NCBI GenBank assembly: GCA_965203055.1
Contig: OZ241863.1
Coordinates: forward strand, 2,048,001 to 2,112,000
Origin: Spirochaetia bacterium
Lineage (GTDB): Bacteria > Spirochaetota > Spirochaetia > SZUA-6 > Bin103
Direction: 5' to 3'
Length of the DNA: 64,000 nt
In this document: in pieces, positions 28,609-38,650 of the stretch
How the letters are laid out: each line of letters begins with the position of its first letter
How positions within the stretch are numbered: the stretch's first letter is position 1
Notes under the pieces: model-generated
The model's input: only the letters and a program-made list of their open reading frames with translations
The model's database searches: none
What the model was told of the DNA's origin: nothing
Position numbers and translations under genes: made by a program

Positions 28609-29667
28609 ATGCCAATGACCACCCGCGCCGCCATCCAGATAACCAGCGGCCAGCCGCTCATCATCGATGAGCTGCAGCTTGCCGACCCGCGCCCCGAGCA
28701 GGCGGTCGTCAAGCTGCTCGCCAGCGGGATCTGTCACTCGCAGGTCCACGAACTGCACGACGACCGGGCGCGGCCGACCACCTTCGGCCACGAGGCCACC
28801 GGCGTGGTGATCCGCGCCGGGAGCGAGGTGACGCGGGTACGGGAAGGCGACCAGGTAATCGTCACCTGGGTGCGGCGCCACGCGCTGCCGCGGGGACAGC
28901 AGGAGGACCGCTGGTGCGGCGCCAGCTACCGGGGAAGCCCGATCCCGTGGCCGGTGTTTACCTGGGGCGAACACACCCTGGTGGCGGAGGAATACCTGGT
29001 GCCGATCGCCGCCGGCGAGCCCGCCGACCTGTGCTCCATCATCGGCTGCGCGGTGTTGACCGGCGCCGGCGCGGTGATCCACACCGCGCGGGTGCAGCCG
29101 GGCGAGTCGGTGGCGGTGTTCGGCGCCGGCGGCGTGGGGCTGTCGGCGGTGCGCGCGGCCGCCCTGCGCGGCGCCGACCCGATCATCGCGGTGGACCTGC
29201 GCCCTGCCAAGCTGGCCCTGGCCCGCGAGTTCGGCGCCACCCACACGGTGGACGCCGGCGCCGGCGACCCGGTGGCGGCGATTCTGGAGCTGAGCGGCGG
29301 CGGCGTCGACTACGCGTTCGACGCGATCGGCGTGCGGCAGACCACCGAAACGATCAACGAGGTCACCCGGCCCGGGTCCCCCGGCGCCGCCAACACCGGC
29401 GGCACCGCGATCCTGATCGGGGTGCCCGGCCGGGAGATGACGTTGAACCCGCGCGCCATGCTGTCGGGCCAGCGGAGCTACCGCACCAGTCTCGGCGCGG
29501 CGTATCCCGACCGCGACTTCCCGATCTACCTGCGCTGGTTCCGCGACGGCCTGTTCCCGCTGGAAAAGCTGGTGACCGACCGCTACCGCCTGGAACAGAT
29601 CAACGAGGCGTGCGCGGCGCTGCAGGCGGGCAAGATCATGGGCCGCGCCATCCTGGAGTACGAGTGA
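28609..29667 (+). CDS. Zn-binding (MDR) alcohol dehydrogenase family protein
   Basis: GICHS, GHE, GCAVLTG, GAGGVG. Confidence 0.9.
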   Translation: MPMTTRAAIQITSGQPLIIDELQLADPRPEQAVVKLLASGICHSQVHELHDDRARPTTFGHEATGVVIRAGSEVTRVREGDQVIVTWVRRHALPRGQQEDRWCGASYRGSPIPWPVFTWGEHTLVAEEYLVPIAAGEPADLCSIIGCAVLTGAGAVIHTARVQPGESVAVFGAGGVGLSAVRAAALRGADPIIAVDLRPAKLALAREFGATHTVDAGAGDPVAAILELSGGGVDYAFDAIGVRQTTETINEVTRPGSPGAANTGGTAILIGVPGREMTLNPRAMLSGQRSYRTSLGAAYPDRDFPIYLRWFRDGLFPLEKLVTDRYRLEQINEACAALQAGKIMGRAILEYE

Positions 29668-29669
29668 CC

Positions 29670-30521
29670 ATGAGCGCCGCGGGCACGCGCCGTCGGCAAC
29701 TGCTGGATGAGGGATTCTGCGTGTTCCCGGGCCTGCTGGACGGCGGCCTGCTGGCGCGCCTGCGGCGGGTGACCGACCGGCTGCTCGACGCCTGCCCGGC
29801 GGAGGAGCGGCAGCGGCGCGGCAACCAGGGCAGCGTGGTCGGCCTCGCCTACCAGGATCGGGCGTTCGCCGAGCTGATCGCCTGGCCGGCCACCTGGGCG
29901 GCGCTGCGCGAGCTGGGCTTCGCGCGGGCGCGCTACTGGAGCGGATCGATCATCGCCAAGGAGCCCCGGTCCACCTCCCTCTACTGGCATCAGGATTGGA
30001 CCTGGTGGGAAGATCCGGTAAGCGCCGAGCCGGCGCCGCACCAGTTGTTTCTGATGTGGTATCTCACCGATACGCGGCCGGAGAACGGCTGCCTGCGGGT
30101 GCTGCCGCAATCGCACCGCCGCCGGATGGCCGCCCATGACCTGATCGGCACCCACGACGACGGCATCCGCCACCTCGACCCGGCCACCGCGCCCGGCTAC
30201 CGGACGCTGCCCGGAGAAATCGACGTGGCGGTGACCGCGGGCGACTTGGTGATCGGCGATTCGCGGGTATTGCACGCCGCGCATGCCAACGCCACCGGGC
30301 GCCGGCGAACCGTGATCACGATGTGGTACCTGCCGCGCTACGACGAGCTGAGCGAACCGTTGCGCGCCTCCTATCAGGAACGGATGGCTCCGCCGCCGGC
30401 CTCGCTGCCGGCCGCGGAGCTGGCGCTGGTGCAGCCGCTGCTGCCCGACTACCGCGGCAGCGCCGCGCCGGCGCGGCACACCTACGTACCGACCGACTAC
30501 CTGCGGCGCGGCGCCTCTTGA
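29670..30521 (+). CDS. Phytanoyl-CoA dioxygenase (PhyH) family protein
   Basis: C-terminal part of ORF 28914..30521 from ATG 29670; WHQD, ENGCLRVLPQSH, LHAA. Confidence 0.88.
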   Translation: MSAAGTRRRQLLDEGFCVFPGLLDGGLLARLRRVTDRLLDACPAEERQRRGNQGSVVGLAYQDRAFAELIAWPATWAALRELGFARARYWSGSIIAKEPRSTSLYWHQDWTWWEDPVSAEPAPHQLFLMWYLTDTRPENGCLRVLPQSHRRRMAAHDLIGTHDDGIRHLDPATAPGYRTLPGEIDVAVTAGDLVIGDSRVLHAAHANATGRRRTVITMWYLPRYDELSEPLRASYQERMAPPPASLPAAELALVQPLLPDYRGSAAPARHTYVPTDYLRRGAS

Positions 30522-30666
30522 CGTCCCCGTGACCGCGCCGAGGCAGAGTTGCCGGCCAGCCGACGGGCGGTTGACGGCGGTTGACACGGCCGGGGCGCCG
30601 TGTTGTCCTGTGGAGCATCAGTCGTGGCAGTCCGTATCGGAACTGCCCATTTGGAGGGTAGGTAGC

Positions 30667-32487
30667 GTGACTATCTGCAATGTAAAGATAAAGACAGTAC
30701 TCGCCGCGGCCGCGGCCGCGTTGCTGGCAGCAACCGGCGCCTGGGCCACCGGAGAGGAGGAAGGGTCCTCCGGGGCGGCCATGATGTCGCCCTCGGACAT
30801 CGACACCGTTCCCGTCTACGGCGGCAACCTCACCACCGCCGACAACACCTGGTCGAGCGTCTGGGACCCGACGGTGCTCCAACACGGCATCCAGGTGGTG
30901 CCGGCGATCTACGATCAGTTGTTCGAGTACGACATCACCCAGGGGCCTCGGGGCACCGGCGAGTGGGGGTTGAACGACTTCAACTGGCAGAATCCAAACG
31001 TGATCAGGTTCCAGGTGATCGAGTCCAACACGGTACTGAGCCCGACCCGGTTGCGGTGGAAGATTCGCCGGGGCATCCACTACCACGACCGGCCGCCGGC
31101 CAACGGCAGAGAGATGACCGTGGAAGACGTTCTCGTCACCTGGGACGAGGTCACCGCGGAGCCAAGATCCGGCCTGATGTTCAAGGGCGACGAGATCATC
31201 AAGATGACCGCCGATCCGAACGACCCCTGGGCGATCAACGTCGAACTGGCGGCGCCCGACAGCCTGGGTCAGTGGGTCTATCTCACCAGCGCCCTGAACG
31301 GCGTTCTGCCGGCCGAGTGGTGGAGGGATGACTCCATCAACCGGGAAGACTGGCGCAACCACATGGGATCGGGGCCATTCTGGCCCATCGAAGTCGTCGA
31401 GGGCAGCCACATCACCTACACCAGGAACCCCAACTACTGGATGGACGATCCTCTGAATCCGGGTAACCGGCTGCCGTATCTGGACACCATGCAGATCATC
31501 TCCTTCGCCGACGGCGCAGCGCGGATCGCGGCGCTGCGCAGCGGCAAGCTCGACCGCATGGTGCAAAACGGCCTTACGCCCACGCAGGTAGACGATCTGA
31601 GGCGGAGCAACCCGGAGATACGAACCAACGAGACGTGGGCGCACGGACAGTACGCCGCGGTGCGCGCCGACCTGGCGCCGTGGAACGACATCCGCGTGCG
31701 GCAGGCAGCGATGCTGGCCGTCGACCACGCCGGCCTCGAGGAGTTCTTCACGCCGGAGCACTACCACTACCCCGGGTTCCCCACCAAGCGGTCAGCCGGG
31801 AAGCCCCAGTACCATACCAAGGCGGAGCTGGACCGGGTGCGTCCTGACATCGCCCGGTTGTACGAATACGATCCCGCCGAGGCCGAGCGGCTTCTCGACG
31901 AGGCCGGATACCCGCGCGGCGACGACGGCATCCGTTTCGAGACGAGCTTCATTACGGACCCCGTCTACGAGAATTACGAAGTGTACTTCGGGTACCTCGA
32001 GGAGGTCGGCATCCGGGTCAACTTCGACCCGATCCCGAACGGCGGCCACTGGGGCATGATTCACAGCGAGACCGGACCGAACGACGAGAAGTTTACCGGC
32101 TTGGCGTTTCACAATGCCGGCGGCACGAGCTTCTCGGTCCTGGCCACCCATTTCTGGAACGCGCCCTATCGGCCGTTGTACAGCATGGGTCGGATCCAGG
32201 GTTCTCCCGAGGCCCTCGAGGTGGAGCGACTGTTCAACGCGGTCAACTTGCTCGAGGCCAACACTCCCGAGTGGACCGAGGCGCTTCTGGAGCTGGTCTT
32301 CTACTGGCAGGAGCAGCTGTGGTTCCTGGACTTCGGCGCCGTTCACGAGTACATGGCATGGCAGCCGTGGGTGAAGGGCAAAGAGGGCATGAGCGGGTTG
32401 CAGACCTACCAGTACCACTTCACCAAGTACTTCTGGATCGACGCGGCCCTGAAGAAGGAGCTCAGCGGGCGCGACGCGGACGAATAG
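30667..32487 (+). CDS. ABC transporter substrate-binding protein, family 5
   Basis: PVYGG, PPANGREMT, GSGPF, RNPNYW, LPYLD, PWNDIRVRQA. GGAGG upstream of GTG 30667. Confidence 0.9.
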   Translation: MTICNVKIKTVLAAAAAALLAATGAWATGEEEGSSGAAMMSPSDIDTVPVYGGNLTTADNTWSSVWDPTVLQHGIQVVPAIYDQLFEYDITQGPRGTGEWGLNDFNWQNPNVIRFQVIESNTVLSPTRLRWKIRRGIHYHDRPPANGREMTVEDVLVTWDEVTAEPRSGLMFKGDEIIKMTADPNDPWAINVELAAPDSLGQWVYLTSALNGVLPAEWWRDDSINREDWRNHMGSGPFWPIEVVEGSHITYTRNPNYWMDDPLNPGNRLPYLDTMQIISFADGAARIAALRSGKLDRMVQNGLTPTQVDDLRRSNPEIRTNETWAHGQYAAVRADLAPWNDIRVRQAAMLAVDHAGLEEFFTPEHYHYPGFPTKRSAGKPQYHTKAELDRVRPDIARLYEYDPAEAERLLDEAGYPRGDDGIRFETSFITDPVYENYEVYFGYLEEVGIRVNFDPIPNGGHWGMIHSETGPNDEKFTGLAFHNAGGTSFSVLATHFWNAPYRPLYSMGRIQGSPEALEVERLFNAVNLLEANTPEWTEALLELVFYWQEQLWFLDFGAVHEYMAWQPWVKGKEGMSGLQTYQYHFTKYFWIDAALKKELSGRDADE

Positions 32488-32520
32488 CGTCTGCCCTGAT
32501 CTGATTTGATCTGACCGTTC

Positions 32521-32555
32521 GCGGGGGCCGGGCCGGCTGGTCCGGCCCCCGCTTT
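32521..32555 (+). terminator. Hairpin after the binding-protein gene
   Basis: GCGGGGGCCGG…CCGGCCCCCGC followed by TTT. Confidence 0.55.
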
Positions 32556-32561
32556 CGCCCC

Positions 32562-33509
32562 ATGCAAGCCTACATCATCAGAAGAGTGCTGCTGATCGTG
32601 CCGACGATGCTGATCGTCAGCCTCATCGTGTTCCTCTCGATGCGCCTCATCCCCGGGGACGTGCTCGATTACATGGTCTCCGTCAGATACATGGCCGCCG
32701 GAGCCATGGAGGCTCTGCGGGAGCAACTGGGCCTGAATCTGCCCGCTCACGTCCAATACGGACGCTGGATCTCCGGCGTGTTTCAGGGCGACTTCGGTGA
32801 GACGATGATCACCAGGCTCGCGGTCGAAGAGGTGATCCTCGAGCGGCTGCCGAGGTCGCTGGAGCTGGGCGCCCTGTCCCTGGTGTTCGCGCTGATGATA
32901 GCGCTGCCCGTAGGTATCTACTCCGGTCTGAAGCCGGAGTCCGCCGGCGACCAGATACTGCGCAGCATCGCCATTGCTTTCATCTGCATCCCCAGCTTCT
33001 GGCTGGGGACGATGATCCTGGTCCTGCCGGCGGTGTGGTGGCGGTGGTCGCCGCCCATGTTCTGGGTCTCCTTCTGGGAGGATCCGCTCGGCAATCTGGC
33101 CATGTTCATCATCCCCGCCATCGTTCTGGGAATGTGGCTGTCCGGCGTCACCATGCGCCTGACCCGCACGATGATGCTGGAGGTGATGCGGCAGGACTAT
33201 ATCCGCACCGCGTGGGCGAAGGGGCTCAGGGAGCGGGCGGTGGTGGTACGGCACGCGCTGAAGAATGCGCTGAACCCGGTGCTTACCACGATCGGACTGC
33301 AGCTTCCGGTCCTGATCGGCGGCGCGGTCGTGGTGGAGCACATATTCAACATACCCGGCATCGGCTCGCTGGTGGTAAGAACGCTGGAGCAGCGCGACGT
33401 TCCGCTGCTGGCGGGACTGAATCTGATGATGGCGGGATTCGTGTTGCTCGTGAACGTCATCGTCGACATCAGCTACGCCTGGCTCGACCCGCGGATTCAG
33501 TACAAGTGA
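32562..33509 (+). CDS. ABC permease, DppB-like
   Basis: YIIRRV…PGD, QDYIRTAWAKGL, LDPRIQY. Confidence 0.93.
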   Translation: MQAYIIRRVLLIVPTMLIVSLIVFLSMRLIPGDVLDYMVSVRYMAAGAMEALREQLGLNLPAHVQYGRWISGVFQGDFGETMITRLAVEEVILERLPRSLELGALSLVFALMIALPVGIYSGLKPESAGDQILRSIAIAFICIPSFWLGTMILVLPAVWWRWSPPMFWVSFWEDPLGNLAMFIIPAIVLGMWLSGVTMRLTRTMMLEVMRQDYIRTAWAKGLRERAVVVRHALKNALNPVLTTIGLQLPVLIGGAVVVEHIFNIPGIGSLVVRTLEQRDVPLLAGLNLMMAGFVLLVNVIVDISYAWLDPRIQYK

Positions 33510-34480
33510 GCGGTTCGGCTGCACCGGAGGCTGCTCCGAAGGCTGCTCCGAGAAAAGGGTCGCTACGCGACCTGCTGCCGCGTCTGTTTCGGGAAAAGAA
33601 GCTGGGCGCCGTCGGCTTGATCATCGTACTGGTGTTCTTCCTGGTGGGCGTGTTTGCTGACGTTATCGCCACCCACGACCTCAGAGACCAGAATCTCAGG
33701 CGCGCGCTCGAAGGACCATCGGCCGAGTTTCCGCTCGGCACCGACCAGTTTGGGCGCGACCTGCTGACCCGCGTCGTCTACGGGGCGCGCGTCTCCATGA
33801 TCGTGGGAGTGGGAGCCGTCGCCATCGGCCTGGTCATCGCCCTCTTCTTCGGTCTGCTGTCCGGTTACTGGGGTGGCACGTTCGACCTGATCGTGCAGCG
33901 ATTCGTCGATGCCTGGCTCACCTTCCCGTGGCTGTTCATCGTGCTGACCGTGATGTCGCTCATCGGTCAGGGGCTGGTGCCAATGGTGATCGTCCTGGGC
34001 GCGTTTACCGGCATCGGCAACATCCGTACCGTGCGGGGCGTGGTGCTGAGCACCAAGCAGGACGCGTACGTGGAGGCGGCGCGGGCGGTCGGCGCGGGGA
34101 CATGGCGCATCCTGCTCCGCCACGTCCTGCCGCAGGTCTGGCCGCCGGTGATCGTCGTGTTCACCATCTCTCTCGGCGCGGTGATCCTGAGCGAGTCGAC
34201 GATCAGCTTCCTCGGCTTCGGCATTCCGCCGCCGCAGCCGAGCTGGGGCGGCATGCTGAGTCTGGAAGGCCGCCGGTTCATGGAGCGGGCGCCGCTGCTG
34301 GCGATCTGGCCCGGTCTGTCGCTGGCGATCGTGGTGTACGGCATCAACATGTTCGGCGATGCCCTGCGCGACCTGCTCGACCCCCGGCTGACCGGCGGCG
34401 CCGGGCGTTTGCGCGCGGCGAAGGTTCGCAAGTCCGCCGGCCGGACGTCCAAGCCGCCGGCCCCGCCAGCAGCTTCGTGA
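33506..34480 (+). CDS. ABC permease, DppC-like
   Basis: GTG overlapping the upstream stop; LGTDQFGRD, YVEAARAVG, GDALRDLLDPR. Confidence 0.92.
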   Translation: MSGSAAPEAAPKAAPRKGSLRDLLPRLFREKKLGAVGLIIVLVFFLVGVFADVIATHDLRDQNLRRALEGPSAEFPLGTDQFGRDLLTRVVYGARVSMIVGVGAVAIGLVIALFFGLLSGYWGGTFDLIVQRFVDAWLTFPWLFIVLTVMSLIGQGLVPMVIVLGAFTGIGNIRTVRGVVLSTKQDAYVEAARAVGAGTWRILLRHVLPQVWPPVIVVFTISLGAVILSESTISFLGFGIPPPQPSWGGMLSLEGRRFMERAPLLAIWPGLSLAIVVYGINMFGDALRDLLDPRLTGGAGRLRAAKVRKSAGRTSKPPAPPAAS

Positions 34481-34538
34481 CTCCGTTCGTTCGTCCGTGA
34501 CGTGGCAACCGTGATGCGGATCAGGCTATAGTCGGAGC

Positions 34539-35477
34539 ATGCGGATCAACCGGAGCATCGAGCTGTTGGCGGACGGGCAGCCGATCTACTACGTGGGCGG
34601 CCACACCGGACTCGCCGGCACCTTTCACCGGCGCCCCAAGGACACGCTCACCGGGTCGCACTCGCCGGTCCTTACCTATGAGCAGGGCGGCACCGACGCC
34701 GGCCACTGGGCCGATTATCTCAACGTCGGCTTCGAGCACGGAGCGTTCAATCTCGCCGGCCTCGACGACTACCTGCACGGCATGGTGGATGCCGGGCCAA
34801 CGCGCAGCGGCCACCGCACGCCGACCATCATCGTCGAGGCGCCGGTCAACGGCATCTCACGCGCGGTGGTGGAGGCCAACGCCTGGCAGTTCCAGCAGAT
34901 TCTGGCGCGCGGCGCGCATGGCGTGATTCTGTGCAAGGCCAACACGCCCGAGGCGGTGGCGGCGTTCGTGGAGGCGTGCCGCTATCCGATCAACCGCCTC
35001 GGGGTGGGAACGGGCCTCGGCGCCGGCCAGCGCGGCTTCGCCTCGGAAGACAGCGCCGGGCACGTGTGGGGCCTGGACACCGAAGCCTATATCGCGCGGG
35101 CCGAGCCGTGGCCGCTGAACCCGGACGGCGAGCTGTTCCTGGGCATCAAGATCGAATCGAAGGCGGCGCTCCCCTACGTCGAGGAGATCATGCAGGTGCC
35201 GGGCGTGGGATTCGCGGAAGTGGGGCCGCGCGACATGGCGCTGACGCTCGGCTACCGGACGCTGTCCGATCCGTGGCCGCAGGAGATGGTGGAAATCGAA
35301 CAGCGCGTCAAGGAGGCGTGCGCGGCTTCGGGCGTCTACTTCCACCCCTACACCGGGTTCTCCGCGCCCGCCGACGCACCGGCGTGGATCGACCGGGGCA
35401 CCATGATCTTTACCGCACCCAGCGAGGAACTGGCCCGCATCGGGCGCGCCCATTCCAAGCGCGTCATGCCGGTCTGA
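34539..35477 (+). CDS. HpcH/HpaI aldolase-citrate lyase family protein
   Basis: EHG, ILARGAHGVIL, ACRYP, GIKIES, EVGPRDM. Confidence 0.8.
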   Translation: MRINRSIELLADGQPIYYVGGHTGLAGTFHRRPKDTLTGSHSPVLTYEQGGTDAGHWADYLNVGFEHGAFNLAGLDDYLHGMVDAGPTRSGHRTPTIIVEAPVNGISRAVVEANAWQFQQILARGAHGVILCKANTPEAVAAFVEACRYPINRLGVGTGLGAGQRGFASEDSAGHVWGLDTEAYIARAEPWPLNPDGELFLGIKIESKAALPYVEEIMQVPGVGFAEVGPRDMALTLGYRTLSDPWPQEMVEIEQRVKEACAASGVYFHPYTGFSAPADAPAWIDRGTMIFTAPSEELARIGRAHSKRVMPV

Positions 35478-35508
35478 AGACGCGGCAAGCCCTGAAGGAG
35501 GTAACCAA

Positions 35509-35937
35509 ATGGGGGAATCCGCTACCGGAGTCCGTTTCGACCACGTTCATCTGCTCAGTGAGGACCCGCGCGCCGCGGCGCGCTGGTACGAGGAAATCCT
35601 CGGCGGCAGCATCACCGACCAGTCGGAGGTGCTGGGGGCGCCGCAGTTCGCCGTCCGGCTCGGCGGCATGCGGCTGCTGATCCGCGGCCGCCGGCCCGGC
35701 GAGGCGCCGGCGGCGGCCAACCCGATGCGGCAGTACACCGGCTACGCCAGCCACAACCGGTGGGGCACCGACCACTTCGGCTACGACTACCACGGCGACC
35801 TGCGCGCCTTCTGCGAGGAGATTCGCGCCAAGGGCGCCACCTTCGCCGCCGAACCGTGGGAGTTCAGCCCCGGGAACGTGATCTGCTTCCTGCAGGCCCC
35901 CGACAACGTCAGCATCGAGCTGATGCAGGCCCAATAG
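35509..35937 (+). CDS. VOC/glyoxalase family protein
   Basis: FDHVHL, TDHFG, FLQAPDNVSIEL. Confidence 0.88.
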   Translation: MGESATGVRFDHVHLLSEDPRAAARWYEEILGGSITDQSEVLGAPQFAVRLGGMRLLIRGRRPGEAPAAANPMRQYTGYASHNRWGTDHFGYDYHGDLRAFCEEIRAKGATFAAEPWEFSPGNVICFLQAPDNVSIELMQAQ

Positions 35938-35978
35938 CATAGCGCGGGCGCGCCGGCCGCTCCCCCCGGCGCGGCGCC

Positions 35979-37166
35979 CTACCCGCGCGCCAGCACGGGC
36001 GGGGCCAAGTCGCCAATCGAGCCGCTGAGGTCGTCGTCCGGCTGCGCGCGGCGGCCGTTGAGATGGCCCGGATTCGCGGTCGCCGGCAGCGGCGTGTCGT
36101 ACTGGTAACCCGGCTCGATCTGCTGGCGCTTCCAGGTGGCGCGCAGCTCCCGGAACGCGCCGAGCGCGCCCTTCGCCGCCGGCAGGTCGAAGGCAATTGC
36201 CCGGCGCAGCTTGCGCAGGTTGTAGCACGGCACGCCGGCGTACATGTGGTGTTCCAGGTGCCAGTTCATGCGCCAGTACATGAACGATGAGAGCGGATCG
36301 AGCCGGATGCTGCGCGTGCACTTGCGGAAGTCGGCCACGTTGTCGCGCAGACCGCAGTGCATCGGCAGGAACACCACGCAGCGCCACCAGTTCATGATGA
36401 AGCGGGACAGCGTGATGAACACCGGCAGCAGCCAGAGCTGAAACACGACCGCGGCCGCGATCACCGCGGCGTGGAACAGCAGGATCTTGCGCGCCCAGCG
36501 CACCGCCTTGATCCGTTCCTCGGGGTGCGCCTGGTACAGCGCCGCCAGCCACTCGCGGGCGGCCGGCGTCAGCGGCTCGCCGTCGGCGGCGGCGGCGTTC
36601 GCGTCCAGCGGCCGGCCCAACGCCGTGCGCACCGTGTCCCGGACGCGGAAGATCAGTCCGTCACTGCCCAGCCCGCCGGTCAGGTTGATGCAGAACATCT
36701 GCAGCACGAACAGCGCGCGCACCGCCGCCGACTGCGGCAGCACCACCTCGCGGTCGCCGTCCGGGTGCAGCGTGTAGCGGTGGTGGTAGGTGTGGCTCAG
36801 GGCGTAGTCGTGAGGGTTGAACCAGGTAATCAGCGAGAACAGCCGCAAAAAGAACCGGTTGAGCGCCTTGGTGCGGAACACCGTGCCGTGATCGAGTTCG
36901 TGCGACGCGGCGCCCAGAAAGCAGGCGAAGGTCCCGTAAGCGAACAGGGAAACGGCAAACGCCGCCCACTGCTGCTGCGCGAAGAAGTGGTAGCTCAGCA
37001 GTGCGGTGCCGGTCAGGTAACCGATCACTCCCAGCGTCTGCCACCAGCCCTGCAGATCGCTGCGCCGCATGAGCTGCCGCAACAGCCCCGGATCGATCGG
37101 GCTCCGATACCACTTGACGCGCAACGTACGGCGCACGTCAGCCAACGGAGGGCGCGTACCGCTCAT
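35979..37166 (-). CDS. Fatty-acid-desaturase-family membrane oxygenase, MocD (rhizopine oxygenase)-like
   Basis: His boxes HELDH, HTYHH, HLEHH; N-terminal WYRSPI…LMRRSD. Confidence 0.85.
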   Translation of the reverse strand: MSGTRPPLADVRRTLRVKWYRSPIDPGLLRQLMRRSDLQGWWQTLGVIGYLTGTALLSYHFFAQQQWAAFAVSLFAYGTFACFLGAASHELDHGTVFRTKALNRFFLRLFSLITWFNPHDYALSHTYHHRYTLHPDGDREVVLPQSAAVRALFVLQMFCINLTGGLGSDGLIFRVRDTVRTALGRPLDANAAAADGEPLTPAAREWLAALYQAHPEERIKAVRWARKILLFHAAVIAAAVVFQLWLLPVFITLSRFIMNWWRCVVFLPMHCGLRDNVADFRKCTRSIRLDPLSSFMYWRMNWHLEHHMYAGVPCYNLRKLRRAIAFDLPAAKGALGAFRELRATWKRQQIEPGYQYDTPLPATANPGHLNGRRAQPDDDLSGSIGDLAPPVLARG

Positions 37167-37228
37167 GACGACCAGCGTTACCGCTCCCCGCCCCAACCGT
37201 CAAGCCGGCGTCGTACCATCAGCTTAAG

Positions 37229-37660
37229 CTAACGCTGGCCGCCGCCGGCGTTCGAGTGCGAATCGCTCGCGCGTTGCTCCGGCTCGGCCAATCTGACGGC
37301 TGAGCACGAGTCGGCGAACGACACGATCAGGCGAAGGTAGGCGTTGTAGCGCGCATACGCCAAGTCGCCTTCGGTGGAGGAGAGCAACCGATAGAGCCGG
37401 AACTCCGGGTCGGGTTGGGTGTTCGTCACCGGCACGCCCTCACGCCGCAGCCGCGGGGCCGCCAGCGACACCAGCAGGCTCGCGACGCTGGTGCGGCCGC
37501 AAGCCAGGTCAGCCAATCCCTCATCGACCAGGGCGCCGCCCGGCAGCCCGAGGTCGGCAAACCGACTCGCTCCAAATCGCCCGCGCACCCCGCCCGCGCC
37601 GGCCGCGAGGCCCGTCCTCCCATCCGATTCCTTGCTAGCGCTCATACCCGTATACTCCAT
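37229..37660 (-). CDS. Hypothetical protein, possibly an antitoxin-like partner of a nucleotidyltransferase
   Basis: LPGGALVDEGLADL…SLLVSLAAPRL…LYRLL…YNAYLRLIVSF. Confidence 0.6.
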   Translation of the reverse strand: MEYTGMSASKESDGRTGLAAGAGGVRGRFGASRFADLGLPGGALVDEGLADLACGRTSVASLLVSLAAPRLRREGVPVTNTQPDPEFRLYRLLSSTEGDLAYARYNAYLRLIVSFADSCSAVRLAEPEQRASDSHSNAGGGQR

Positions 37661-37741
37661 GGACATACGCCAAGCCCGATCGCATCTCTGAGCTTGGCCA
37701 CCCTATACAATCATCCCCTGACGGTATATCGTCAAACATTG

Positions 37742-38650
37742 ATGGACGGCACTGGCGCGTACAGCGACTTCACGACCCGCCTGAAGCTGTTGATCGGGAA
37801 GCGGCCTGACCTAATCACCACGACGCTCAGCAATATCTTTACGATGAGGCTGATCGGAAACAAGACCCACGGCGACTTGGCCGAGATCGCGGTATCCGAG
37901 TTCATCAACCAGTATATGTATGACTTTCGCTCCGTCCACGTAGGCAAGGACCGGTATCGAAAAAAAAACTCAGGAGGAAGACATCCTGATCACCAATGAG
38001 ATCACCAAAGCCGAGTTTCCGGTTAGTCTCAAGGCGTATGGCTACGGTGATCTGCAACTATCAACGGACAAGAATCATTTAATGTATACTCGTCTGAAAA
38101 ATGAAGGAAAAAAATTGTCGGTAAAAAGGTTAAGAAGATCCTCGACGAGAAGGTTTTCTCCGGTTTCAATAATATACTTTCTTTGATCTACGACGAGAAG
38201 AATAAACGTTGTAACATTCTAGTGTTCGACTACGCTCGCGCCCGCAGCTCTACCGTAAAGATCATTCGTGAGGAACCTGGACGACGAAGGAAACATCCCG
38301 TGTACCGGTTCTACGATGCGGATAGTCGCTACATATGTGAAGTTCGTTACGGCGGCACAGACGCGAACGCACTTCAGAGAGGACTCTGGACCAACACGAG
38401 GAACGGTATCGAGTATTTCGAAAGCATCACCAACGGCTGGATATGCTACTCCCACAATCACACTCTGGTGAAACTGTTTTCACACGCTCTCGTCGCATCA
38501 GATACCGGCCACACAGCTGCACTTCCGAAGATTAGTGAAGACATTGCTCAATTGAAGCGGGGATTGGGGCCGCGGCCGCGGCGGCGACGGCGCAGGCGGA
38601 AGCGAAGCAGACCGCTGCGGCAGTGCCGGTCAGGGCGGTGGCTGAGGTGA
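37742..38650 (+). pseudogene. Putative type II restriction endonuclease with two frameshifts
   Basis: An AT-rich continuous frame is restored if A9 (37960-37968) and A7 (38108-38114) are both read as A8; the repaired middle reads EEDILI…VSLKAYG (PD-(D/E)XK-like). Its stop overlaps the methylase GTG. Confidence 0.65.

Noticed and set aside
33517..33552. 12-bp tandem repeat, three copies (AAPE/AAPK/AAPR)
   Set aside because: In-frame low-complexity N-terminal linker of a permease.
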